DNA of 64,000 bases from Minisyncoccia bacterium (GCA_049287305.1 JBAQFO010000014.1:64453-128452); one strand, 5' to 3'. Positions 9,493-19,763 are shown, counted from the stretch's first letter. A program made the numbers and translations. The notes: a model not told the origin generated them from the sequence alone.

Positions 9493-10318
9493 CTTTTTAG
9501 GAATAGAAAATATCACTCCAGAGGAAGCTGACGTTTTAATTTTGCCTATTCCGTTTGAAAAGACGGTAAGTTACGGAAAGGGAACGGGGAATGGCCCAAA
9601 AGGCATAATAGAAGCTTCCGAGCAAGTGGAACTCTACGACCATGAGCATGGGTATGAGGTTAACGAAAAAGTTAAGATTGCCACTTTGCCATATGTTCCC
9701 GTGGAGCCGGAAGAAAATTTGGAAAAAATTCAAGAAATGATAAACACCGCTGCCAAACCTTGGACGGACAAGTTTCTTTTAAGTTTGGGAGGAGAGCATT
9801 CGTTGACGCCAGCTATAGTAAAAGCATACCAAGAAAAGTATCCAGACTTATCTATTCTTTATTTTGACGCGCATACTGACATGCGAGAAGAGTGGGGAGG
9901 CACTAAGTGGTCTCATGCTTGCGCGGCGCGAAGATGCCAGGAACAGGGAATAAAAAACATTGTTTGGGTGGGCACCAGAAATACGGCACTTTCAGAACAG
10001 CAATACATAAATCACGAGCAAGTAAACTACGGCAACACCTATGACCTGCCTAAAATTTTAAGCCAGCTTGGAGAGAATGTATACATATCCTTTGACGTAG
10101 ATGTATTTGATTCATCCGTCATGCCTGCTACGGGAACACCTGAACCTGGAGGCATCACTTGGTATCAGGCTATGGAGATATTTGAAGCGGTCACTCGAGA
10201 GAAAAATGTAGTCGGTGCCGACTTTGCCGAATGCGCACCAATACCAAGATTTCACGCATATGATTTTCTTGTAGCTAAACTTGCTTTTAAGCTTATCGGG
10301 TATAAGTTTAGAAAATAA
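9461..10318 (+). CDS. speB: Agmatinase/arginase (ureohydrolase) family protein
   Basis: GGEHSLT, DAHTDM, SFDVDVFDSS metal-binding motifs of the arginase/agmatinase fold. Start is ambiguous (overlaps upstream gene; MSKNQ at about 9470 is possible). Confidence 0.75.
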   Translation: MNSMSKNQPNNFLGIENITPEEADVLILPIPFEKTVSYGKGTGNGPKGIIEASEQVELYDHEHGYEVNEKVKIATLPYVPVEPEENLEKIQEMINTAAKPWTDKFLLSLGGEHSLTPAIVKAYQEKYPDLSILYFDAHTDMREEWGGTKWSHACAARRCQEQGIKNIVWVGTRNTALSEQQYINHEQVNYGNTYDLPKILSQLGENVYISFDVDVFDSSVMPATGTPEPGGITWYQAMEIFEAVTREKNVVGADFAECAPIPRFHAYDFLVAKLAFKLIGYKFRK

Positions 10319-10321
10319 AAA

Positions 10322-11671
10322 TTAAAGTTTATAGGGTCTTGGACCAGATGTAGTATCATCAATTCCATAACCAGCACTACCAGTTACTCCACGGATTTCG
10401 TCAGCTTTTTTAAAATCTCCGATAAGTCGTGCCTGCTCACGTGCTTCCACGAGTTTTTCTATTTCTTCAGGTACTTTTTCTTTTTTTAAATTTTCAAACC
10501 CAAGCCCGAGCACTTTATCAAAATCCAAAATTGTAGCCTTTTTGTCTTCATTTAACATATTTTCATCTTTTGCCACGTCCCAGAGAAGAGCAAGAGCGCG
10601 AGGAGTATCCAGGTCATCTTCCACGAATTCCTTGAATTTATTTCTGTATTCTTCGTGCACGTTTCCTACAGCTTCCCCAAGGCCTAAATATAGCCCCTGG
10701 AGCCTTTTTAGGGCGGTTTCGGCTCCTTCTAGAGCGTCCCAAACAAAGTTAACCCTGGTCCTGTAATTGGCCATTAAAAGCCAGAATCTGTAAGCGAGCG
10801 GGTTTATGCCTTTATCCATGAGGTCGCGAAGAGTGTAGAAATTATTAAAAGACTTCGCCATCTTTTTCTGGTCCACAAGCACCCATTCGTTGTGCATCCA
10901 ATATTTTACGAATTCTTTGCCGGTAGCGCCTTCGGATTGGGCAATTTCGTTTTCGTGATGGGGGAAGATGTTATCCACTCCGCCGGTGTGTAAATCTATC
11001 TGTTCTCCCAGATTGCTCATTGACATCGCGGAACATTCTATATGCCAGCCAGGTCTGCCTTTTCCCAAATCCGTTTCCCAAAAAACATCTCCGTCTTTTT
11101 CGTCCCACGATTTCCAAAGAGCGAAGTCTTGAGCGTTTTCTTTTTCGTATTCATCTGTTTTTATTCTGCCCGAAGCGTTTTCTTTTTGCTCTTCCAGAAC
11201 CAGGTGTGAAAGTTTCCCGTAATTTTTAAATTTTTTAATATCAAAGTAAACAGAACCATCTTCGCTTTTATATGCCAGCTCTTTAGCTAGAAGTTTTTTT
11301 ACGATTTCAACCATTTCGTCCACATAGTCGGTGGCTTTCGTGAATTTTTCCGGAGGCAATATATTGAGAATTTTTACGTCTTTGTAGAATTCTTCGGTGT
11401 AAAATTCAGTGAACTCTTTTAATGTTTTGCCTTCCGCCTGAGAGTTTCTAATAGTCTTGTCGTCTATGTCCGTGAGGTTCATTATATGCTTAACTTTATA
11501 TCCGCCATATGTCAAAACTCTTTTTAAAGTGTCCGCGAAAACATATGCCCGATAATTTCCGATATGCGGGTAATTGTAGACCGTTGGTCCGCAAGAATAA
11601 AAAGTAACGTTCGGAGGATTTATCGGGGTAAAGGTTTCTTTTTTACGGGTTAGTGTATTATAAAATTGCAT
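10322..11671 (-). CDS. cysS: Cysteinyl-tRNA synthetase
   Basis: FYSCGPTVYNYPHIGNYR (HIGH region), KMAKSFNNF (KMSKS), class I aaRS length of 449 aa. Confidence 0.9.
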   Translation of the reverse strand: MQFYNTLTRKKETFTPINPPNVTFYSCGPTVYNYPHIGNYRAYVFADTLKRVLTYGGYKVKHIMNLTDIDDKTIRNSQAEGKTLKEFTEFYTEEFYKDVKILNILPPEKFTKATDYVDEMVEIVKKLLAKELAYKSEDGSVYFDIKKFKNYGKLSHLVLEEQKENASGRIKTDEYEKENAQDFALWKSWDEKDGDVFWETDLGKGRPGWHIECSAMSMSNLGEQIDLHTGGVDNIFPHHENEIAQSEGATGKEFVKYWMHNEWVLVDQKKMAKSFNNFYTLRDLMDKGINPLAYRFWLLMANYRTRVNFVWDALEGAETALKRLQGLYLGLGEAVGNVHEEYRNKFKEFVEDDLDTPRALALLWDVAKDENMLNEDKKATILDFDKVLGLGFENLKKEKVPEEIEKLVEAREQARLIGDFKKADEIRGVTGSAGYGIDDTTSGPRPYKL

Positions 11672-12701
11672 TTTGTTTGAAGAATTCGTTTCTGTAAATT
11701 GAGATGAGGGTGTAAAGCAGGCTTATGGTCAAAGGACCGATGATAAGGCCAACTGGCCCTAAAAGCGAAATTCCTCCGAGCACGGAGAATAATATCATCA
11801 GAGATGGCATCTGTATTTTCTTGCCAACTATAAGCGGGCTTAAAAAATTATCAACCAATCCCACCGCAACTACTGCCCAAATCAAAAGTCCGATAGCGGA
11901 GCCTGTGCTTCCGGAATAAAGCAGGAATAGAATGGCCGGAGCTGATACCAGGGCGGTTCCAATCATTGGCAGAAAGGCAGCAACTGCGGCAACTACCCCC
12001 CATAAGGCGGGGTTGGGAACATTAAAAATCCAAAGACCTATTCCCATTATAATACCCTGCACCAAGGCAACGAACATGGAGCCTTTTATGACAGCATTTA
12101 CTGACAAGGCAAGTCTAGAAATTATTTTTTCATCATCCTTGTCTCCTAGTGGGGAAATTAAAACCAAGGCTCTTTTCCATTCTGCGCCGTCCTTTAAGAA
12201 ATAAAACATTATAAGGAGGACCAGCAAGAATGAGAAAAATCCGGTAAGAGTGGCGCTGAATATACTTGCGATATTATCCGATACGTAGGAAACAAAGGCG
12301 GAAGTTTTTTCATTGATATCAAAATTTACAACATCCGGCAAAACATTATTAATTTTTGTTTCAATCGTGTCTAGAAATGGTCTTGCGCTACCTTCGCTTA
12401 CAACAGTGCGATAAACATCTTGGCTTTGGTTAAAAACAATTGCCCCAATACCAAGAAGAGGTCCGCAGAGAACAAAAATAAAAAGAAGAACAGTTAAAAA
12501 CGAGGCCAGCCAATTTGGAGTCTTTTTACTTACTAGCCAGGCGTATATGGGATGAAGGACTATGGCAAAAGATATACCCAGGATGAGAACTATCCAAAAC
12601 GGGCGGAATATCATGAAAGTGAAAATAAGAGTAGCCAATAATAGCCCAAAGAAAAATAATCTTTCTATAGTTTTTGTTTGCATAGGCCTATATTGTAGCA
12701 A
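11658..12701 (-). CDS. AI-2E family transporter (UPF0118/PerM-like permease)
   Basis: 347 aa polytopic membrane protein with AI-2E-like topology and conserved Gly-rich C-terminal helices. Confidence 0.65.
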   Translation of the reverse strand: MLQYRPMQTKTIERLFFFGLLLATLIFTFMIFRPFWIVLILGISFAIVLHPIYAWLVSKKTPNWLASFLTVLLFIFVLCGPLLGIGAIVFNQSQDVYRTVVSEGSARPFLDTIETKINNVLPDVVNFDINEKTSAFVSYVSDNIASIFSATLTGFFSFLLVLLIMFYFLKDGAEWKRALVLISPLGDKDDEKIISRLALSVNAVIKGSMFVALVQGIIMGIGLWIFNVPNPALWGVVAAVAAFLPMIGTALVSAPAILFLLYSGSTGSAIGLLIWAVVAVGLVDNFLSPLIVGKKIQMPSLMILFSVLGGISLLGPVGLIIGPLTISLLYTLISIYRNEFFKQNAIL

Positions 12702-12743
12702 AAACTTGCCTTTTTGTGAAATATCCTATAATATAAGCCGAGT

Positions 12744-13091
12744 ATGATTAAAACGAAGAAAGATGAATTTGCGGTAATATTTACAGGTGGCAAACAATAC
12801 AAGGCATCCGTTGGGAGCGTCCTTTCTATTGAGAAAATAAAGGCTACCGGCAAAGAAGACTATAAGAAGGGGGACAAGCTCTCTTTTGAGCAGGTTCTTC
12901 TCGTTGATGACGGCAAAGACACAACCATTGGAACTCCATATATTGACGGGGCAAAAGTAGACGCAGAAATCGTAGAAATAGGCAGAGCTCGAAAAATTCT
13001 AGTTGTAAAATACAAGCAGAAATCCCGATACCTCCGCAGAAACGGCCACCGCCAGCCATTCTTTAGAGTAAAGATTACTTCTATAAAATAA
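12744..13091 (+). CDS. rplU: 50S ribosomal protein L21
   Basis: FAVIFTGGKQYKASVGSVLSIEKI...ILVVKYKQKSRYLRRNGHRQPFFRVKI typical of L21. rpmA (L27) is not adjacent here. Confidence 0.85.
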   Translation: MIKTKKDEFAVIFTGGKQYKASVGSVLSIEKIKATGKEDYKKGDKLSFEQVLLVDDGKDTTIGTPYIDGAKVDAEIVEIGRARKILVVKYKQKSRYLRRNGHRQPFFRVKITSIK

Positions 13092-13111
13092 TTTAATCAA
13101 CTTATAACTAC

Positions 13112-13588
13112 ATGGGAGAACCAACAGGTCTAGAACACCCTTCCCGTAAAGCAGAGACGGAAACTCAAGTAGAGCTTGGTAACAGGCAATCATTAGCTCT
13201 ATCAGAAGCTAGGGGTTTTTTTGTGACAGCAAATTTAGAACATTTAACTTCAGAGCAAATTATAAAAGGTTTAGACGATATCAAGATTTTACAAAAAGAA
13301 GCAAAATTCCGTTTAGTTGAGCAAATAACCCGTAGAGCTGTTGCATATATGAAAAAAGAACTCGGATTAAATGTAACAAAAGTCGCAAGAACGCCAATGC
13401 ATGAAACTGGTCACACTGTTTTTTTTGAAAAAAATATTGACGGGGATACTCCAAAGGAGTCTAAAGAAACAACCAACAAAAGGATTGCAAAACAAGTTGA
13501 ATTAAATTTAAAATCGGAATTTTATAAAATTCAAGTATTTGGTTCAGATCGTTACGGTTTGGAAATAACCATTGATTGGCGGGACTAG
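13112..13588 (+). CDS. Hypothetical protein
   Basis: 158 aa ORF without a recognisable motif, downstream of rplU; true start uncertain. Confidence 0.3.
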   Translation: MGEPTGLEHPSRKAETETQVELGNRQSLALSEARGFFVTANLEHLTSEQIIKGLDDIKILQKEAKFRLVEQITRRAVAYMKKELGLNVTKVARTPMHETGHTVFFEKNIDGDTPKESKETTNKRIAKQVELNLKSEFYKIQVFGSDRYGLEITIDWRD

Positions 13589-13591
13589 TTT

Positions 13592-14203
13592 CTACTGCCT
13601 ATTTTTTAACGCATTTTTTAGAGTATCGTTGTCCGAGTATTCCAGCTCGGTGCCGGTGGAAAGGCCTTTGCCTAGTGAGGAGATTTTTATATTATTCTTT
13701 TCACATGTTTCCTTCAATTGTTCCCGGACATATTGGTCTGTATGCTCGCCTTGTGGACTGATGGAAAAAGCCAGAATAATTTCTTTTAGCTCTGAGCTTC
13801 CTAAAATTTTCTTTTTTAATTCTTCAATGCGCACCCGGCTTTTCGTGTTTTTTTCCACTATAGGAACGAGTCCGCCCAAGATGAAATATTTTCCGCCATA
13901 TACGCGGCTTTTCCTTATGCTTTCCAAGTCGGAATCTTTCTCTACTACCAGAAGGGTAGAAGGGTCAGTGTGCGAGTTTCCGCAGATATCGCACAACTTT
14001 TCTTTAGTGGAACTTTGGATGAAAAATTTAAAACACTCTTTGCATTGAGCAATCTCTTTTTTTAATTCAAGAATAAGTCGAGACAGGTTTTCCGAGTAAG
14101 CTGGGTTGCGAGACATCAGAAAATAAACAAAGCGTTTTGCTTGTCTTTCTCCGATGCCGGGAAATTCTTTAAAGATTTCGGTTAATTTATCAATGATATC
14201 CAT
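13592..14203 (-). CDS. recR: Recombination protein RecR
   Basis: C4 zinc finger CKEC...CDIC, Toprim region, about 200 aa. Confidence 0.85.
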   Translation of the reverse strand: MDIIDKLTEIFKEFPGIGERQAKRFVYFLMSRNPAYSENLSRLILELKKEIAQCKECFKFFIQSSTKEKLCDICGNSHTDPSTLLVVEKDSDLESIRKSRVYGGKYFILGGLVPIVEKNTKSRVRIEELKKKILGSSELKEIILAFSISPQGEHTDQYVREQLKETCEKNNIKISSLGKGLSTGTELEYSDNDTLKNALKNRQ

Positions 14204-14311
14204 GTCTTGTGATTTTAAGATAGCTTCTCTCGAAAAGCAATCTATCTGGTAAAGCTTTACCAGCGAACTGCTCGCACCGTCGTGCTGCGCAAGGCTTTTC
14301 TTAAGAACTAT

Positions 14312-15709
14312 CTAAAAATCATCGAGTTCTCCGCTAATTTTCGACGGAGCAAATTCACTCAAACTGCTTTTTTCAAGATTTAAGAAAGTGGTGGTTTTTT
14401 CGTCGAAATAAAGGTCAACTTTGCCGACCGGGCCATTTCTGTGTTTCTCAATCAATATCTCGGCGATATTTGTTTTTTCAGATTCGTCTCTGCCTTTATC
14501 TTCCCGATGAATAAACATCACCACATCGGCGTCTTGCTCTATGGAACCGGAGTCCCTGAGATCGGAGAGTCTAGGTTTGCCTCCGCGGGATTCCACAGCA
14601 CGAGAAAGCTGAGAAAGAGCCAAAACGGGAACATTCAGTTCCTTTGCCAAGCTCTTTAAGGAGCGGGAAATTTCCGTAACTTGGTTGACCATAGAGTCAT
14701 AATTTTTAGAAGTGGTCATGAGCTGGAGGTAGTCCACAACTATAAGGTCCAGTCCTTTTTCTGCTTTCAATCTACGGCAGAGGGCTTTCATGCGAACAAT
14801 GGAGTTACCCGCTTGGTCATCAATGTAAATTTTTGCCTTGGCTAGTTTGTCCAGAGAATCTCTAAGAAGTGAAAAATCTCTGTCCGAAGAAAGATTTCCG
14901 GTGCGCAAGTTCCAGGCATTCACCCTCGATTGCGCCGAGAGCATCCTGTCCACCAATTGCTGAGAAGACATTTCAAGTGAAAATATCACCACTGACTTGT
15001 CATGATTTACCGCGGACATACGGGCGATGTCAAGCGCGAGTGTAGTCTTACCCATGGAAGGCCTTGCTGCCAAAATTATCAAGTCGGAATCTTGCAAGCC
15101 CGAGAGCATGTTGTCTAAGTCTTTGAAGCCGGTAGGTAGTCCTCGAAGCATACCTTTTGTCTCATGAAGTTTTTCCAGTCGTTCATATGCTTCAGGAAGA
15201 GCGTCTTTCAAGTTTACATATTTTTGATTTTTAGGAGAAGACACCACGCTAAACATTTTCTTCTCCGCCATATCCAATATGTCATCCATATGGTCATCGC
15301 CTTCTTCAAACGCAAGTTCAGCGACATAGTCTGCCGCTTCAATTAAGCTTCGTAACACATATTTCTTTTGGACGATATCCGCGTAGTGTTTGACGTTTAA
15401 AGAAGAAGGCACGAGGTTGACCATTTCTGCCAAATATTGATTGCCTCCAACGGCCTCTAGAAGTTTCTGTTCCGTGAGTTTAGTTGAAAGAGAAAGCATA
15501 TCAATGGGCTCATTTTTAGAAGCTAAGTCAAGCATTGCTCGAAAAATCATTTTATGTTTTTCAACGTAAAAAGAATCCGGGCTTACCATGTCTTCCACTT
15601 CTTGCACCGCGTCTTTCCGAAGCATAAGAGAACCGAGCACTGCTTGCTCGGATGGTATGCTTTGCGGTGGGATTCGCAAGGCGTTATTTCTAGAGTTGTT
15701 TTTTGCCAT
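14312..15709 (-). CDS. dnaB: Replicative DNA helicase DnaB
   Basis: GLPTGFKDLDNMLSGLQDSDLIILAARPSMGKTTLALDIA Walker A, plus the remaining DnaB helicase motifs. Confidence 0.9.
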   Translation of the reverse strand: MAKNNSRNNALRIPPQSIPSEQAVLGSLMLRKDAVQEVEDMVSPDSFYVEKHKMIFRAMLDLASKNEPIDMLSLSTKLTEQKLLEAVGGNQYLAEMVNLVPSSLNVKHYADIVQKKYVLRSLIEAADYVAELAFEEGDDHMDDILDMAEKKMFSVVSSPKNQKYVNLKDALPEAYERLEKLHETKGMLRGLPTGFKDLDNMLSGLQDSDLIILAARPSMGKTTLALDIARMSAVNHDKSVVIFSLEMSSQQLVDRMLSAQSRVNAWNLRTGNLSSDRDFSLLRDSLDKLAKAKIYIDDQAGNSIVRMKALCRRLKAEKGLDLIVVDYLQLMTTSKNYDSMVNQVTEISRSLKSLAKELNVPVLALSQLSRAVESRGGKPRLSDLRDSGSIEQDADVVMFIHREDKGRDESEKTNIAEILIEKHRNGPVGKVDLYFDEKTTTFLNLEKSSLSEFAPSKISGELDDF

Positions 15710-15811
15710 GAAGTTATTCTATCACGGGCGAATTTTTATGAAAGGGGCGCAAAAAGGCAAAAGTTGGTAAGGGTGTTATTAAAATGTGGAGAATCATGAT
15801 AATATATTTAT

Positions 15812-16762
15812 ATGGCTAAAAAGGTATTTTTATCGGGTATTCAGCCTTCGGGCAGGCCTCATTTGGGGAATTATTTCGGCATGATGCGGCAGCTTTTGGC
15901 GCAACAGGAGGATTATGACGTCTATGTCCTAATAGTGGATTATCATGCAATGAAATCAGTCCGAAATCCAAAGGAAATGAAAGACAATATTATCGGTGTG
16001 GTGCTGGATTATTTGGCTCTCGGCTTGGACCCTAATAAAGTAACTTTTTTCAAACAAAGCGATGTTTCTGAACACACTGAGCTGTGCTGGATATTTGACA
16101 CGATTACATCTATGCCATATCTGATGCGGGCTCACGCATTTAAAGACGCCGAGGCAAAAAATAAAGGAATAGACGTGGGCACCTTTAATTACCCGATGCT
16201 TATGGCCGCGGATATCCTTCTTTATGAGCCGGACATTGTGCCGGTGGGAGCCGACCAAAAACAGCATATAGAAATTGCGCGTGATACCGCGGAGAAATTT
16301 AACCGGACATTTGGCGACACTTTTAAGCTTCCCGACGTTATGACTGTTGAGGAAGTGGCTATAGTTCCGGGAACCGACGGACGCAAGATGAGCAAAAGTT
16401 ACGGCAATACGATTCCGCTTTTTGCCGAACACGAAGAAATCAAAAAATCGGTAATGAGTATAGTCACCGATTCTAGCGGTGAACTCCCTCAGAATGTATA
16501 CGCCATACATAAACTGGTTCGTTCGGAAAATGAACTAAAGAAAATATATGAAGAAAAAGCAGGGAAATACAAAGAGCTTAAAGAGTTGCTCATAGAAGAT
16601 ATCGAGAAATTTATAGCGCCACTGCGGGAGAAAAGGAAAGAATTTGAAAAAGATATTCCGAAAGCGCTCGCAATCCTAAAATCTGGTGGAGAAAAGGCTA
16701 AAAAAGTGGCTTCTGCCAAAATGGATGAAGTGCGTGAAAAGATAGGCGTGAAGGTTTATTAA
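15812..16762 (+). CDS. trpS: Tryptophanyl-tRNA synthetase
   Basis: SGIQPSGRPHLGNYFG (HIGH-type), KMSKSYGN, about 316 aa class Ic aaRS. Confidence 0.9.
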   Translation: MAKKVFLSGIQPSGRPHLGNYFGMMRQLLAQQEDYDVYVLIVDYHAMKSVRNPKEMKDNIIGVVLDYLALGLDPNKVTFFKQSDVSEHTELCWIFDTITSMPYLMRAHAFKDAEAKNKGIDVGTFNYPMLMAADILLYEPDIVPVGADQKQHIEIARDTAEKFNRTFGDTFKLPDVMTVEEVAIVPGTDGRKMSKSYGNTIPLFAEHEEIKKSVMSIVTDSSGELPQNVYAIHKLVRSENELKKIYEEKAGKYKELKELLIEDIEKFIAPLREKRKEFEKDIPKALAILKSGGEKAKKVASAKMDEVREKIGVKVY

Positions 16763-16828
16763 GTTTTTTACTCATTAAACTTTAGTGTTTTAGTATACTG
16801 ACGAGGAGCGGGTAAAAACGTAAACAAA

Positions 16829-17116
16829 ATGAAAAACAATCACGAGTTGTATAAAAAAGAGGTTGTGGAAGTTATTCACCAAATTGCCAAAGACAAAAAT
16901 CTTTTAGCAGATTTTATAAAAGAAATACTTACTCCTAGGGAATTTGAAAATATTAGCGTCCGCTGGCAAATAGTGAAGCGCCTGGAAAGAGGGGAGCACC
17001 ATCAGGCCATAGCGGAAGACTTGCATTTAGGTGTAGCAACCGTTACTCGCGGGTCTCGTGAAATGCGCAAGAAAGATGGAGGCTTCCGCCGGGCCTTAAA
17101 AGTTATCCACAGGTAG
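16829..17116 (+). CDS. TrpR-like YerC/YecD family DNA-binding protein
   Basis: LTPREFENISVRWQIVKRLERGEHHQAIAEDLHLGVATVTRGSREMRK matches the TrpR-related YerC/YecD HTH. Lies immediately downstream of trpS. Confidence 0.7.
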   Translation: MKNNHELYKKEVVEVIHQIAKDKNLLADFIKEILTPREFENISVRWQIVKRLERGEHHQAIAEDLHLGVATVTRGSREMRKKDGGFRRALKVIHR

Positions 17117-17148
17117 GCATACTACAGCCTTGCTTTTACTTTTTATAA

Positions 17149-17167
17149 ATACTAGCATACTAGTATG
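17149..17167. promoter_or_regulatory. Perfect 12-bp palindrome CATACTAGTATG embedded in tandem ATACTAG-C-ATACTAG
   Basis: Seen directly; lies about 35 nt downstream of the TrpR-like gene stop. Confidence 0.3.
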
Positions 17168-17387
17168 AGGATATATAGAAATTCCAAATTAAAAAAGTTA
17201 TTAACTGAATCCTGGTGGAGCGGAAAGCTTTCAGCTTTTGCGCTATTCTGTTGATTTCTTTGCCTCACTAAATCTTTACAAAGAATCCATTAAATGGCGC
17301 AAGAGCGCCATTTGTTCTTTGACAGGCCTATGTGGTAGTAGAGGCGTTAGTCAATTTAGTAAACCCTTAACTTCATGAGGAGAGAAA

Positions 17388-18497
17388 ATGAAATACCTTG
17401 AATCGCTTGTTCCCAGGGGTCACTCTTTCAGGCTTAGCGATGAGCTGTTTATGATAAGCAAGTCCGAGCTGGATGTCTTGATTAGCCTCGGACCTGCCGT
17501 AAGTAAATTCATGACGGCTTCTCAAGCCATTATTCAAATGGCATTGCTCGACCTGGATTTATCGGCAAGATGGAAAAGAGTCCGGGAGCTCCTTTTTACC
17601 GACATCAACGCTCAATACAAAAAAACTCTTCATCTTCATCCGCAGCGAAACTCGCGAGTCACCAGGGTGGATTTCATGGTGGACCAAAAAGGGGAATTCA
17701 AAATTGCTGAAATTGACCCCCTAAATAAGCATGGTCTCGGGTTCGCGCTTGCGTGCAGAAACGAGAGCGGCAACGGTGATAGGCAGAAAATCCTGTCATA
17801 TTTTGGGGAGCTTATGCACAACTACGACGAGATGTGCATTATTCTTTCCCCAAAAGATAAATTCTTTACCCTGGAGCAGACTTACTTCGCCGCCAAGCTA
17901 AGCGAAAGCACGGGCAAGCCGGTTTCTGTGATTTCAGGCGAAGACCTCGAAGAATTGAAGAGAAAGGCTCTCAGCGAGAGATGCTGTTTCCTCGATTGTC
18001 CCGTGTTGGATAACGAGACAGCAAACGAGGCACTAATCAAGGTGTTCGTGTCCTCTCCAAAAAGGTTCATTATCCCTCCCAAGCACTGGATGGGTAATAA
18101 GTCTTTAATGGCTTTTGTTCACGACAACGAATCCGGGGTCTCTGGACTTCTAGAGCTTCTACTCGATACTGCTGCTCTCAAAAAGATGAAGTTCCATACG
18201 CCGCCTACTTTCGTAGGCGAACCCTGGGATGACGACGCCCTTGTCATGAAAAAGGTGATGTCGTCGGGGGCAAAAGGTGTTTTCTTTGAAGGGAGAGTTT
18301 CTGATCGAGACGTTATCTATCAGAGATTCGTGCCTCAAAGAACGTATTTGCTGGATGGTAAGAATCAATTCATCCGGCTGGCGGCGCACTATGTAGGGTC
18401 CCGTCTGGCGGAGCTTACGGTTACTGCCTCGGAAAAAATTCCCGTACACGGCAACTCTTCATCAATTAACTACCACGTAGGGCTGAAAACAGACTAA
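17388..18497 (+). CDS. Hypothetical protein (369 aa), moderately GC-enriched
   Basis: Long ORF with an RBS-like aggagag 6 nt upstream of the ATG. No motif I can name with confidence. Confidence 0.45.
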   Translation: MKYLESLVPRGHSFRLSDELFMISKSELDVLISLGPAVSKFMTASQAIIQMALLDLDLSARWKRVRELLFTDINAQYKKTLHLHPQRNSRVTRVDFMVDQKGEFKIAEIDPLNKHGLGFALACRNESGNGDRQKILSYFGELMHNYDEMCIILSPKDKFFTLEQTYFAAKLSESTGKPVSVISGEDLEELKRKALSERCCFLDCPVLDNETANEALIKVFVSSPKRFIIPPKHWMGNKSLMAFVHDNESGVSGLLELLLDTAALKKMKFHTPPTFVGEPWDDDALVMKKVMSSGAKGVFFEGRVSDRDVIYQRFVPQRTYLLDGKNQFIRLAAHYVGSRLAELTVTASEKIPVHGNSSSINYHVGLKTD

Positions 18498-18599
18498 GGG
18501 GGCATCATACCTAAGGGGTGGACTCGTTTTTATACGACCCATCCCTTACTATTTCAATTCAGATTTTTAAAAATTTATTAAATGTAATAATATTAAATT

Positions 18600-19142
18600 A
18601 TGAAAATATATTTTTTACGGCACGGGAAAACACAGCTTAATAAGGAAAAGCGCACAAGCGGACATTTAGATGTGCCTCTGCTAAGCGAAGGCAGAGAGGA
18701 AGCAAGGAAGGTATTTAAATTGGAACAAGAAAAGTTTGATATCATATACTCATCTGACCTTATCCGTTGTCAGGAAACTTCCGAAATTATAAATGAAAAA
18801 CTAAAATTACAAATTATATATGATATTCGTCTGAGAGAAAGAGATTTTGGCACACTCGCCGGAAAACTAATAGACGAATTGGGCTCAGAGCTGATGGAGA
18901 GAGAAAAGAACCAGCAATACGATTATCGTCCTTTTGGTGGCGAATCGGTCGAAGATGTTAGAGTCCGTGTTCTAACATGCATTCGTAGTATTATTGGGAA
19001 TAATAAAAATAAAAGAGTTTTAGTTGTTACTCACGGCGGGGTCATTCGATTATTGCACAATCTTGTAAACAGTGAAGTAAAGGAAAATATAATAAACGGC
19101 TTTTTATACGAATTTGATTTCCCAGATTACAACAAGAACTAA
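18600..19142 (+). CDS. Histidine phosphatase family protein (phosphoglycerate-mutase-like)
   Basis: N-terminal YFLRHGKT (RHG catalytic motif), THGGVIR near the C-terminus. Confidence 0.7.
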   Translation: MKIYFLRHGKTQLNKEKRTSGHLDVPLLSEGREEARKVFKLEQEKFDIIYSSDLIRCQETSEIINEKLKLQIIYDIRLRERDFGTLAGKLIDELGSELMEREKNQQYDYRPFGGESVEDVRVRVLTCIRSIIGNNKNKRVLVVTHGGVIRLLHNLVNSEVKENIINGFLYEFDFPDYNKN

Positions 19143-19327
19143 CTTCGTGTTTTCCACAGGCGGTTGCACTTGCTTACATTTGTGCTATAATACAAAGGTA
19201 ATGAAAAATTTACAGCCAAAAGCCAATATTTCCGCCAATAGCTATTTCTTCTTTTTTAGCTTTAGCCCTAACCTTAGAGGCCGGATATTTGCGCTGTAAA
19301 AAAGAATCCAACTAACTTACAACTCAA

Positions 19328-19358
19328 ACACCCGCTCTCTAAGGCGGGTGTTTTCGTT
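19328..19358 (+). terminator. Rho-independent terminator (ACACCCGC-tctctaag-GCGGGTGT then T-run)
   Basis: 8-bp GC-rich stem plus TTTTCGTTT downstream of the histidine phosphatase gene. Confidence 0.55.
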
Positions 19359-19425
19359 TAACGAAAACAAAACGTGTTCTTTGTCAAAAAAATAACAACT
19401 ATCTTAAGAAGAAGGAGTAAACTTA

Positions 19426-19695
19426 TGGCAAGACGTCTTCCGAAGGTCATTGCACAAGCGATTCGTTCTGAACTCGGCATTGCAAAGAATGCTTTGCCGG
19501 AGAACATTCCCTGGGAAAAATCTGAGGGAGGCTGGTGCTGGACTTTTCGATTTCCAGATCCACACTTCCACAACAGGGCTGAATCCGAAGTCACGATCCG
19601 GGTATTCAACGGGTCCTCTGAGGTTCATATCAGGGACAGCAACAAGCGCTCGTGGTCGGGGTGGCTTCCGAGTCATCTTTGCCCTACCTCGTAGG
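19426..19695 (+). other. GC-rich (about 52%) small transcription unit: AAGGAG RBS plus an 89-codon ORF (MARRLPKVIAQAIRSELG...); could instead be a structured ncRNA
   Basis: AAGGAG sits 7 nt before the ATG. The region is markedly more GC-rich than its flanks and open in several frames. It is bounded by terminators at 19328-19358 and 19764-19800. Confidence 0.3.
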
Positions 19696-19763
19696 GGAGC
19701 GGTTTCTGAACCGTAAAACCAGACGCCGATCTTTGTCGGGCGAAAATAGACAGAGGAAATAAG

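Noticed and set aside
13572-14048. Plus-strand 158-aa ORF
   Set aside because: It is entirely antisense to the well-supported recR and has a low-complexity, hydrophobic, random-looking composition.
17388-18497. Assigning the 369-aa ORF to the glutathionylspermidine-synthase/ATP-grasp-like family
   Set aside because: It was only a vague resemblance, and I could not point to diagnostic motifs in the sequence.
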